This document shows, one piece after another, positions 55,581-63,908 of a stretch of 64,000 nt of DNA. The notes below the pieces were generated by a model, which worked only from the letters and a program-made list of their open reading frames with translations, made no database searches and was not told the DNA's origin. How positions within the stretch are numbered: position 1 is the first letter of the stretch; the number at the start of each line of letters is the position of its first letter. Origin of the DNA: Acidobacteriota bacterium (GTDB taxonomy: Bacteria; Acidobacteriota; Thermoanaerobaculia; Gp7-AA8). The stretch covers positions 416,001 through 480,000 of the forward strand of contig JAFATB010000006.1 in the NCBI GenBank assembly GCA_019244185.1, read 5' to 3'. Position numbers and translations under genes: made by a program.

Positions 55581-57665
55581 TCAGCCCCGCACGCGGAACT
55601 TCCGCGTCTCCTCGTCGAGGCTGCGGATCGCGTCGTTGAGGAGCGTGATGGCCTCGCCCATGTCGTTGGCGGTGGCGCGGTTGCCGTCCGAGATCGCGCG
55701 CACCTGCTGCATCGTGCCGACGATCTTCTCGCTCTCGGCCGCCTGATTCGCGGCGACCTGGAAGATCTCGTGGATCATGTCGATCATCCGCTCGGCCGCC
55801 GCGGAGATCATCGTCGAGCCGGACTTCTGCTCGATCATCGCCTGGCGCACGTACTTCGTGACCTCGCGCATCGACTCGACCGCGCGCATGATGTGATCCG
55901 AGCCTTGCGCCTGCTGCCGCGTGGCCCCGTTGATCTGCCCGACCATCGACTGCAGACGATCGACCGCGCGCGTCACGGTCTCGCTGCCGGTCGCCTGCTC
56001 GCGCGTCGCGCCGGCGATCTCTTTCCCCATGTTCGACGCTTTCGCGGACGACTCGAGGATGTTGTTGAGCGCCTTGCCCGCCTGATGCGAGAGCGACACG
56101 CCGGTCTCGACGAGCGTCGAGCCGGACGCCATCGCTTTGAGCGCGTTGTCCACTTCGTCCTGCACCGCGCGGATGAGGTTCGCGATGTCGCGCGTCGACG
56201 ACGCCGTGCGCTCCGACAGCTGGCGGATTTCCGCGGCGACGACGGAGAAGCCTTTGCCGTACTCGCCCGCCTGCGCCGCGAGGATGGCCGCGTTCAGCGC
56301 GAGGAGGTTCGTCTGCTCGGCGACGTCTTCGATGACGTTGAGGATCTTCCCGATCGCGACGGAGCGGTCGCCGAGCCGCGCCACGACGGAGTTCGCCTCG
56401 TGCACGGAGCGGCGGATCTGTTCCATTCCGTCGATCGTTTCGCGCACCGCACGCATCCCCGACTCCGCGGCATCCGCGACCGCGAGCGCGAGATCGTACG
56501 AACGCGCGGCGTTGCCTTCGACCTGCGCGATCGACGCTGACATCTCGACCATCGACGACGACGTCTCGGTCACGAAGTTCGTGAGATAGACGACGTTCGT
56601 GTCGACCTCGTTGATCGACGACACCATCTCGTGCGTCGCCGACGCCGTCTCTTCCACCGACGACCAGAGCGTGTCGGTGTGGCGGCTCACCTCTTCCATC
56701 GACGCGACCATCTCCAGCATCGACGACGACGTCTCTTCCGACGACGCGGAGAGCGCCTCGACGTTGTCGGTGATCTTGCGCACGCCGCCGTTGAGTTGGT
56801 CGATGGAGCGGTAGGTGTCGTCGATGATTGCGCGCTCGTCGTCGACGCGGCGCATGACGCTGTCGGACCGCGTCTGCACCGTTTCGACCACGGACTTCAG
56901 TTTCTGCTGCGACTGCACGAGGCTGTTGATGGTCCGCTCGAGGTTCGCCGCCATCCCGTTGAACGCCTCGGCGAGACTGCCGATCTCGTCGCTCGAATGC
57001 ACCTGCACGCGTTGCGTGAGATCGCCTTTCGCGATGAGCCGCGCCGTATCGACCAGCGACAGGATCGGCCGCACGATGACGCGCGAGGCGAACCACGCCA
57101 GGAGACTCGCCGCGATGAGGATCAGCACCGTGATGCCGGCGTTCCAGCCCCGCAGTGAGCGCACCGCCGCCTGCGCCTGGTCCTCGTTCATGAGGAGGCG
57201 GAAGTAGCCTTTCGGCTTCGCGGCGGGATTCGATGCGTCGGCTTTCGACTCGTAGAACGGCACCGTGTACGCGTGCAGCCCGTCGCCAACGTCGACGCCG
57301 TCCTCGCGCCGCAGCTTGCGCTTCGCGAGCTCCGCCGGAACCGCGTTCGCGGACGCCGCGAGGACTTTGCCGTTCGCATCGAGAAATTCGGCGTACTGCA
57401 CCGACGTGCCGCGCGCGAGATCGCCGACGATGTTCTTGAGGTCGTCGGTGAGGCCGAAGATGACGTAGTAGCCGGCGGTCGACTCGATCGTCTTCGCGAT
57501 CGCCTCGCCGTGCTCGACGGTCTGCCGGATCATGGCGCGGCGGACGAGCAGCTGCTGGATGCCGAGGAGAAGCAGCGCGACGAGAATCGTCTGCAGCGCG
57601 AATGCTCCGACGAACTTTGCGCGCAGCCCCGTGCGGACGTTTTCGGTTTGATTGCCGGCGAGCAT
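55581..57665 (-). CDS. Methyl-accepting chemotaxis protein
   Basis: Two TMs, HAMP (DEIGSLA..FN.M), EQTNLLALNAAILAAQAGEYGKGFSVVA. Confidence 0.95.
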   Translation of the reverse strand: MLAGNQTENVRTGLRAKFVGAFALQTILVALLLLGIQQLLVRRAMIRQTVEHGEAIAKTIESTAGYYVIFGLTDDLKNIVGDLARGTSVQYAEFLDANGKVLAASANAVPAELAKRKLRREDGVDVGDGLHAYTVPFYESKADASNPAAKPKGYFRLLMNEDQAQAAVRSLRGWNAGITVLILIAASLLAWFASRVIVRPILSLVDTARLIAKGDLTQRVQVHSSDEIGSLAEAFNGMAANLERTINSLVQSQQKLKSVVETVQTRSDSVMRRVDDERAIIDDTYRSIDQLNGGVRKITDNVEALSASSEETSSSMLEMVASMEEVSRHTDTLWSSVEETASATHEMVSSINEVDTNVVYLTNFVTETSSSMVEMSASIAQVEGNAARSYDLALAVADAAESGMRAVRETIDGMEQIRRSVHEANSVVARLGDRSVAIGKILNVIEDVAEQTNLLALNAAILAAQAGEYGKGFSVVAAEIRQLSERTASSTRDIANLIRAVQDEVDNALKAMASGSTLVETGVSLSHQAGKALNNILESSAKASNMGKEIAGATREQATGSETVTRAVDRLQSMVGQINGATRQQAQGSDHIMRAVESMREVTKYVRQAMIEQKSGSTMISAAAERMIDMIHEIFQVAANQAAESEKIVGTMQQVRAISDGNRATANDMGEAITLLNDAIRSLDEETRKFRVRG

Positions 57666-57721
57666 AGGACCGCGGAGAGTGTAGTGGCAGAACGCGCGAC
57701 TCTGCCACTATCATCGTTCGC

Positions 57722-58663
57722 ATGCCGCTCATCCGCTGCGCCAAGTGCGATCAGGCGTACGACATCCCCGGCGTCGTCGCGGTGCGGCTCGCGAGCTCGA
57801 TCGCCACGTGCGATTGCGGCGAATGGCTCTCCGGCAGCAAGGCCGCCGTGCTCGCGCGCATCATCGACGCGAGCGAGATCCGCGAGCTCGACGTGCAGCC
57901 GTATCGCGTCGACGCCGCGGCCGCCGCTCCCGCCGCGCCGCGCATCGAAACGGCGCCGCCCGCGCGTAAGCGTTCGTTGCGCGTCTTCGCCCGCGGCGCC
58001 AACCAATCCATCGATACGATCTTCACCATCGGCGAGCATCCGCTCTGGATCGGCCGCAAAGCCTGTCACGTGGAGCTCGCCGACGCGGAGCTGTCGATCC
58101 GCCACTGCTCGATCTCCGTGCGCGGCGAGGAGCTCGTCGTCCGCGATGCCGACTCGCACATGGGCACCTTCCTCGACGGCCACGAGATCACCGAAGCAGT
58201 CCTCGGCGACGGCGTGCACGTGCTGCGCGTCGGCTCCGCGCTCGTCACCGTCGAGCCGGTGAACGAGAGCGGGACCGCCGTCGAGCCGATCGCACTCGAT
58301 GATCTCTCGACCGTCGACGAAGCGCAGCTCGCGCACAAGCTGCGGACGTCGCGCTCGACGAATCCGGTCGCCACCCGCGCGGTGCTCGTCTGCGTCGAAG
58401 GTCCGCTCGTCGGCCAGGAGTTCGAAATCCCCGACTCCGGCCTCGTCATCGGCCGCGAAGGACACGTGCGCGTCCCCGACGAGTTCCTCTCCCGCCGCCA
58501 CTTCGAAGTCCTTCGCGACGGTGACGGCACGGTCCGCGTCCGCGACCTCGGCAGCCGCAACGGCACCTTCCTCAACACGCTCCCGGCGCGCAACACGAAG
58601 GTCCGCAGCGGCGACGAGATCCGCGCCGGCGTGAATCGCTTCCGCATCGAACAGCGCGCCTGA
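57722..58663 (+). CDS. Zinc-ribbon plus double FHA domain protein
   Basis: CAKC...CDCG; IGR..SIRH..S.MGT and IGR..SRRH..GSRNGT. Confidence 0.88.
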   Translation: MPLIRCAKCDQAYDIPGVVAVRLASSIATCDCGEWLSGSKAAVLARIIDASEIRELDVQPYRVDAAAAAPAAPRIETAPPARKRSLRVFARGANQSIDTIFTIGEHPLWIGRKACHVELADAELSIRHCSISVRGEELVVRDADSHMGTFLDGHEITEAVLGDGVHVLRVGSALVTVEPVNESGTAVEPIALDDLSTVDEAQLAHKLRTSRSTNPVATRAVLVCVEGPLVGQEFEIPDSGLVIGREGHVRVPDEFLSRRHFEVLRDGDGTVRVRDLGSRNGTFLNTLPARNTKVRSGDEIRAGVNRFRIEQRA

Positions 58664-58743
58664 CCCTTCCACGATTGAGCGTTGGCTCGCCGCGCGCGCT
58701 CGACCTATACTTCGCGGCACTCTCTCAGAGCAGGTGTTGTTGC

Positions 58744-59610
58744 ATGACCACGTTCGAATCCGCGGCGGCCCGGATTCTCGCGCCCTTGTCCGAGCTGCTG
58801 CACAAGCCTCTCTACCTCACCGACGCGCGCTCGCCCGAGGCGAGCAACGCGTTCGCCGTGCGCCTCGCGTTGCCGCGGGTGGCGGTGGTTTCCGCCGACG
58901 GCAAGCCGTTCTCCGACGACGAGCGGCGGCTGGTCAACGAGCTCTTCGAGGTCGTGCGCGTCGCGGAAGAAAGTGAAGCGCGCTACGCGGAGCTCGAGCA
59001 GCGGATGCTTCTGCTGCAGCGCGAGAACCTCGATCTCGTGGTGAAGAACCGCGCGCTTTCCGAGGTGTCGTCGCGCGACACGCTGACGGGGCTGTACAAC
59101 CGCTGGTACGTGATCGAGAAGATCGACAGCGAGATCAATCGCGCCGTGAGACATGGCTCGCCGATGTCGCTGCTGATGCTCGACATCGATCACTTCAAGC
59201 GCATCAACGACACGTGGGGCCACACGGCGGGCGACCAGGTGCTGCAGTCGATCGGCAAGCTGCTGCGCGACAGCTGCCGCGTGTACGACGTGCCGGGACG
59301 CTATGGCGGCGAGGAGTTCTGCATCGTGCTGCCGGAGACGCGCGTCGGCAACACCGGCGCCGTTGCGGAGCGCATCCGGCAGCGGCTCGCACAGACGGCG
59401 GTGCCGTGCGGCGACTCGTCGGTCGTCGTCACCGCATCGATCGGAATCGCGGGCATGGACGCGCCGGAAGCAATCGAGGTGCTCAGTCCCGCGGCGCTGA
59501 TCGACCGCGCCGACCGCGCGCTATACTCGGCGAAAACCCGCGGCAGAAATCGCGTCGAATTGTGGGACAGGGCGCTCCTTTGCGAAGACGACGGAGCGAT
59601 CGAGCACTGA
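58744..59610 (+). CDS. Diguanylate cyclase
   Basis: Coiled coil, DTLTGLYNR, DIDHFKRIND, RVYD I-site, GGEEF. Confidence 0.93.
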   Translation: MTTFESAAARILAPLSELLHKPLYLTDARSPEASNAFAVRLALPRVAVVSADGKPFSDDERRLVNELFEVVRVAEESEARYAELEQRMLLLQRENLDLVVKNRALSEVSSRDTLTGLYNRWYVIEKIDSEINRAVRHGSPMSLLMLDIDHFKRINDTWGHTAGDQVLQSIGKLLRDSCRVYDVPGRYGGEEFCIVLPETRVGNTGAVAERIRQRLAQTAVPCGDSSVVVTASIGIAGMDAPEAIEVLSPAALIDRADRALYSAKTRGRNRVELWDRALLCEDDGAIEH

Positions 59611-59697
59611 AGTTTCGCCGTTCGTGAGCCGCATCACGCCGCGTGTCCCGCGGCGGACTTAGATTGACGCCGCAAATCGGTTCTGAGGGAAAAATCA

Positions 59698-60405
59698 ATG
59701 CGAAAGAGTCTTGTGGTCTCGGTGTTTGCTTTGTTGTTGGTCACCGCGTCGGCGTTTGCGGGAGAGAAGCCGGCGATCGGCGTCGCTGAATTCAAGAACG
59801 AAACCTCCGCCTCCTGGTGGTATTCGGACGCGGCGAGCGATCTCGCCGGCATGCTGACGAACGAGCTCGCGAGCACGGGCAAGTTCAAGATCGTCGAGCG
59901 CGCGAAGCTCGGCCCCGTCCTCGACGAGCAGGATCTCGCCGAGTCCGGCCGCATCAAGAAGTCGACCGGCGCGAAGATCGGCAAGCTCACGGGCGCGAAG
60001 TACCTCGTGTTTGCGACGGTCAGCGCGTTCGACACGAAGAGCCGCGGCACCGGCGGCGCGCTGAGCTTCCGCGGCATCAGCGTCGGCGGCAAGAAAGAGG
60101 ACGCGTACATCGCCGTCGATCTCCGCGTCGTGGATACGACGACGGGCGAAGTCGAATACACGCGCACGGTCGAAGGCCGCGCGGCGAGCTACGGCATGTC
60201 GGGCGGCGTCTACCGCGGCGGCTTCGGCGGCGAGCTCGGAAAGTACGAGAACACGCCGACCGGCAAGGCGATCCGCGCCGTCATCGTCGAGATCAGCGAC
60301 TACCTCGCCTGCGCGATGGTCGAGCAGGGCAGCTGCATGGACGAGTACAACGCGAAGGAATCGAGCCGTCGCGAGAAGACCAAGAAAGCGATCAAGCTGG
60401 ACTAG
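59698..60405 (+). CDS. CsgG/HfaB family secreted protein
   Basis: Signal peptide; IGVAEF, FKIVERAKL..VLDEQ, VDLRVVDTTTGEV. Confidence 0.85.
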   Translation: MRKSLVVSVFALLLVTASAFAGEKPAIGVAEFKNETSASWWYSDAASDLAGMLTNELASTGKFKIVERAKLGPVLDEQDLAESGRIKKSTGAKIGKLTGAKYLVFATVSAFDTKSRGTGGALSFRGISVGGKKEDAYIAVDLRVVDTTTGEVEYTRTVEGRAASYGMSGGVYRGGFGGELGKYENTPTGKAIRAVIVEISDYLACAMVEQGSCMDEYNAKESSRREKTKKAIKLD

Positions 60406-60435
60406 CTTCAGGAAGGCGCTTCAGCAACGCGGTAG

Positions 60436-60467
60436 CGAAAAAGCCGGCCGGAAGGCCGGCTTTTTCG
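60436..60467. terminator. Bidirectional intrinsic terminator
   Basis: CGAAAAAGCCGGCC-GGAA-GGCCGGCTTTTTCG. Confidence 0.85.
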
Positions 60468-60661
60468 TCGAATACTTCCGGTGGTGGTCTAGTTTGAACG
60501 CTGAGTCGTAACAGGCGGCACCGTGGCGGCGATGTCTGTCACGTTGAGGACTGCAAGGCACTCCGTTCGGCAAGCCGTTTTGCAGACGACTCCCTCCGTC
60601 AAAGCCTTCCTCTCCCCGCGAAGTTTCCGCCACATCGCTGCCGAAGCGCACAGTATCGCCG

Positions 60662-61538
60662 CTACGCAACTGCGGCAAGCGTCCACAAATCGAGCGCGAG
60701 AAGGTCACTCGCCTTCCAAACATAGTCCGTCAGGCCAGCGGCCATCGCCGGAGTCTTCCCACCGAGCGACTTGTGCTTGCGGCAGAAGTTGTAGAAGACG
60801 ACGGTGATGGCGAGCATGAAGACGTGGTTGTCGAGCTTCTTCGAGAAGCCATTCGTGAGGCGCGTGAAGCGGCGGTTCTGCATCCGCAGCGTGAGGTTCC
60901 ACCGCTCCATGAACGACGTGGATATGTGCTTCGTGATCGGCATCCCGAACGTCGGTCGCTTCTCTACGGCCAGCAGGCGGCCGGGCGAGTATCTACTGGC
61001 CGCACTCCTCGGACTTGTTCCGGTGACCGGCTTACTGTTCGCGTACGTCTTCACCACCTCGGCATGATCGGCCTCGCCGTAGCGGAAGTTCTTCACGATG
61101 GCTTCGAGGTACACGGATAGGCCGTCGGTCGAAATCTGAAGGCGCATCGTCGTGCGGCATCTTCAGATCGCGAATCAGAGCGTCGGCCGCTTCCTGATTC
61201 CGGTCACTCACCATCCACGAGATGAGGAGCTTCGAGTCGGCGTCAAGCGCCGTCCACGTCCAGAGCGAGCCGTAACCTTCCTTGCCCTTCAGATCGGCCG
61301 GAACGTTCTTCTCCTTCGCGTAGCAGAACGACCAGACCTCATCACACTGCACGCGCAGCGTCGGCAGGTAGCGCACCTGAGCGTCATGGAAGCGAAGGCA
61401 CGCTTGACCAATCTCGCGGATGAGACTCAGCACCGTCATCTTCGCGGCGCCGGTCATGCGGCAGGTCGAGGCAATGGAGTTGCCTTCGATGAGGGCGGTC
61501 AGGATCTGCGCGCGCTTCGCAGGTGACAGCTTGTTCAT
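60662..61538 (-). pseudogene. IS1-family DDE transposase, frameshift near 61156
   Basis: HTH N-terminus, QCDEVW, ISTDG, STSFMERWNLTLR...RFTRLTNGFSKK; deleting one C in ATGCCGCACG fuses the two ORFs. Confidence 0.85.
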
Positions 61539-61544
61539 AACTAC

Positions 61545-61587
61545 AATATATGCTTGAGGGGTCAAGCTGTCAATGCTTGAGGGGTCA
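61545..61587 (-). promoter_or_regulatory. Leaderless transposase promoter with 15-bp direct repeats
   Basis: TTGACA-N17-TATATT-N6-ATG; ATGCTTGAGGGGTCA at 61550 and 61573. Confidence 0.75.
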
Positions 61588-61719
61588 CGCTACGCTATGT
61601 AACATGCCGGTCGGACGCGGATTACCGAAAGTAAGTTTGGTGTTGACCTGACGCGTAGACGGACCTACATTGTTACTGATAGCACCATGCTATCGGAGTC
61701 TTTTCTCAGTATCAAAAAG

Positions 61720-61793
61720 TGGCCCCGGCGGGGATCCAACCCGCGACATCCGCGTTAGCAGCGCGGCGTTCTGTGCACCTGAACTACGGGGCC
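61720..61793 (-). tRNA. Atypical tRNA, anticodon GCT (Ser) on a short-variable-loop body
   Basis: GGCCCCG/CGGGGCC, GTTC/GAAC, CCGCG-CTGCTAA-CGCGG, GCGGG-TTGGATC-CCCGC, A73. Confidence 0.8.
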
Positions 61794-61807
61794 ATAGGTG
61801 GTAAAGG

Positions 61808-61878
61808 TGGAGGTAGAGGGAATCGAACCCTCGGCCAGGGGTCCAAAGTCCGTAGCCGGGAAACCATCCACTACCCCC
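61808..61878 (-). tRNA. Atypical tRNA-like gene, anticodon TTG (Gln), G3:U70
   Basis: GGGGGTA/TACCTCC, mini D arm GGA-TGGTT-TCC, loop CTTTGGA, GAGGG-TTCGATT-CCCTC, A73. Confidence 0.7.
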
Positions 61879-61899
61879 ACGTTAGGGTTATCTGGCGCC

Positions 61900-62472
61900 T
61901 CACTCGTTAGCAGCGGGTGAGGCGTTTTCTTCTTCGTGCTCTTCATCATCATTGGCGGGGTCGTTGACTGCGCTAACGACTTCCGCTGCACCGCCCGCGG
62001 CACGCTTCTTCGTGCCCTTGCCACGCTTCAGGTGCGGGTAGAACTCGACCAAGCCGTAGTGTTCGTCAGGAAGTACCGCGACCTCGTACGTTGATCGCGC
62101 CATACGGACCTTCAGTTCACTCTCGTTGTCCACCTTGCAACCACCGCGACGAATGGCTTCCACAATCTCGCGGAACGGGCGCGCTTGCCCCCGTCGCTTC
62201 AGGTATCGCTTGGCGGCGTCGAGCCCGTCGAGGCCGTAATACTCGTCGGGCCGGATCGAGTAGCCTGACGCCCCGCTATCGGCAGTCGGCGCGTCCAAAC
62301 CGAAGAGTTGCGCGAGCGTACTCTTCGGTTGACCGACGATCTCCTCCAGTGCGTTAAGACCCTGCTGAAGCCGGAGCACTTCTGCCATGCTGGGGTCGGC
62401 TTTCATAGCCATAACTTTCTCGTCGATCTTCCTCTTTAGCTCCTCAGCGGCAGCCAAAATTGCATCACTCAT
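61900..62472 (-). CDS. Coiled-coil plus winged-helix-like protein with acidic tail
   Basis: GAGGA RBS; AAKRYLKRRGQARPFREIVEAIRRGG...YGLVEFY pattern. Confidence 0.7.
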   Translation of the reverse strand: MSDAILAAAEELKRKIDEKVMAMKADPSMAEVLRLQQGLNALEEIVGQPKSTLAQLFGLDAPTADSGASGYSIRPDEYYGLDGLDAAKRYLKRRGQARPFREIVEAIRRGGCKVDNESELKVRMARSTYEVAVLPDEHYGLVEFYPHLKRGKGTKKRAAGGAAEVVSAVNDPANDDEEHEEENASPAANE

Positions 62473-62491
62473 TTGATGTTCCTCATGTCAG

Positions 62492-62526
62492 AACCCAAAT
62501 GTAGGCTCGCGATTTTGGGTTGTCAA
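62492..62526 (-). promoter_or_regulatory. Sigma70 promoter with inverted-repeat operator
   Basis: TTGACA-N17-TACATT; AACCCAAA...TTTGGGTT overlaps it. Confidence 0.7.
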
Positions 62527-62637
62527 TATCCGATCTCAAACAAAACTTCGCAAGTTTGAGGCGATTGTCGCGAGAGGAATCATGCGAGGAGGGCGTATTT
62601 AGGACGCTGCCGGATAGTTTATTGCAGTTTAGTTTTC

Positions 62638-62803
62638 CAGACGAGCGCGGTGTACTCGCCCGATGACCGCAAGACATGACAAGCGGCTGAAATTGGCCGC
62701 GCGCTGAAGTCGCGCTGACGGAGGCATTTGCGACTTCGTTTCTGCGAAGTTCAGGCGCTTGTCATTTCTTGCGGTCATCGGGCGAGTACACCGCGCCTGT
62801 CTG
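62638..62803. repeat. Long near-perfect inverted repeat (hairpin)
   Basis: Arms of about 60 bp with about 6 mismatches, plus inner GAAGTCGC/GCGACTTC stem. Confidence 0.9.
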
Positions 62804-62821
62804 AAGGTGTTTTGACGAGTG

Positions 62822-63088
62822 TTATTTCCGACGCTTTTGCCAACGGGCGGTAGCGGCTTTCTTTGCAATCTCGGAGCGTTTTTTCGCGCTCAACGCAACG
62901 GCCCGAGCCGGCCCGCCGATCCTCCCGCCGATACGCCCGAACGCGGCGGCGGCAGCCCGCATCTCGTCCGTGATCTCGACCGGCGGCTCTTCCTCGGATT
63001 TCTCCGCGATCGTCTCCATGATACGGACGGCAGCCTGCGCCTCATCCTCGCGCTTCTTCCTCGGCTTCGTCCTTGACCCCTTAGGCAT
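62822..63088 (-). CDS. Small basic IS-associated protein
   Basis: AAAAFGRIGGRIGGPARAVALSAKKRSEIAKKAATARW; preceded by TATACT-N6-ATG. Confidence 0.85.
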   Translation of the reverse strand: MPKGSRTKPRKKREDEAQAAVRIMETIAEKSEEEPPVEITDEMRAAAAAFGRIGGRIGGPARAVALSAKKRSEIAKKAATARWQKRRK

Positions 63089-63106
63089 AACCTAAGTATA
63101 GGTTCA

Positions 63107-63337
63107 CTACCCGAGCTTGTCGAACGGCCGGAACAACTCCGACGGCGGAACGTCGAGCGCATCCGCCAGCTTGAGGATGTTGTCGAGACAAGGGTTCCGG
63201 TAGCCGCGCTCCACATCACTCACGTAGTTGCGATTCAGTCCGGCGAGTTCCGCGAGCCGCGTCTGTGAGAGTGAACGCTTCGCGCGCAGCTCGCGCAGGT
63301 GCGCGGCGAACCTCTCTCGCGGCGAAGCGGCGATCAT
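63107..63337 (-). CDS. XRE family HTH regulator
   Basis: LSQTRLAELAGLNRNYVSDVERGYRNPCLDNILKLADALDV. Confidence 0.9.
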   Translation of the reverse strand: MIAASPRERFAAHLRELRAKRSLSQTRLAELAGLNRNYVSDVERGYRNPCLDNILKLADALDVPPSELFRPFDKLG

Positions 63338-63402
63338 GCTTTGAGTGTGACGCTTTCGCGCGCTTAACCAACCAGCTATGAGTGTCACATGCTATGCGTG
63401 TT

Positions 63403-63645
63403 ATGGCGCGACGACGAAAGCTCTCCCGTCTCGGTCAGTTTCTGGCCACGAATGGCATCGTCCCGAACGAACTCGCCGATTCCTCAGGCATCAGCAGACA
63501 GCATCTGTGCCGCCTCCGTTATGGCCGCGCCGAGCCGACGCGACCGACGATGATCTGGTTGACGATTGCTTGCCGTCGCCTCCTCGGCGGACGACGACGC
63601 GTTCGGATCACGGAGTTGTTTGACCTCGGCGATGGTCAGCAATGA
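63403..63645 (+). CDS. Small Cro/XRE-like HTH protein
   Basis: ELADSSGISRQHLCRLRYGRAEPT. Confidence 0.75.
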   Translation: MARRRKLSRLGQFLATNGIVPNELADSSGISRQHLCRLRYGRAEPTRPTMIWLTIACRRLLGGRRRVRITELFDLGDGQQ

Positions 63646-63908
63646 AGCGGCGGCGCGCCTACGACACGCCGCTCGGCCACTTCATGCAGGCGCATCGAAT
63701 CGGAACCGCCACGCTCGCCCGAATCGCTGGCATCAGCAGCAGCCACCTTCGCGACCTTCAACGCGGCGGCTCGGAGCCGACGCGGCTCGTGATGATCTGG
63801 CTCGCTGAAGCCGTGTCATATGAGGTCGGTTGGAAGGTCGAAGTCGCCGAGCTGTTCGACCTCATCTTCCACTTCGACCGACGCAGGTTGGTGAGGTGGA
63901 GCCGGTGA
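63642..63908 (+). CDS. Small Cro/XRE-like HTH protein (paralog of previous)
   Basis: ATGA overlap; LARIAGISSSHLRDLQRGGSEPTR..MIWL...ELFDL. Confidence 0.75.
   Translation: MKRRRAYDTPLGHFMQAHRIGTATLARIAGISSSHLRDLQRGGSEPTRLVMIWLAEAVSYEVGWKVEVAELFDLIFHFDRRRLVRWSR

Larger units (their letters stand above)
60480..63111 (-). mobile_element. IS1-like element with passenger genes
   Basis: Inverted ends GGTGGTG (60480, +) and GGTAGTG (63111, -); IS1-type DDE transposase; lower GC than the host genes to the left; no TSD seen. Confidence 0.65.

Noticed and set aside
61719-62024. Short ORFs 61719-61910 (+) and 61755-62024 (-)
   Set aside because: They overlap the tRNA-like genes and the 190-aa CDS; no coding signal.
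60468-63122. Target-site duplication around the IS1-like element
   Set aside because: Flanks AATACTTCC and CGAGCTTGT do not match.
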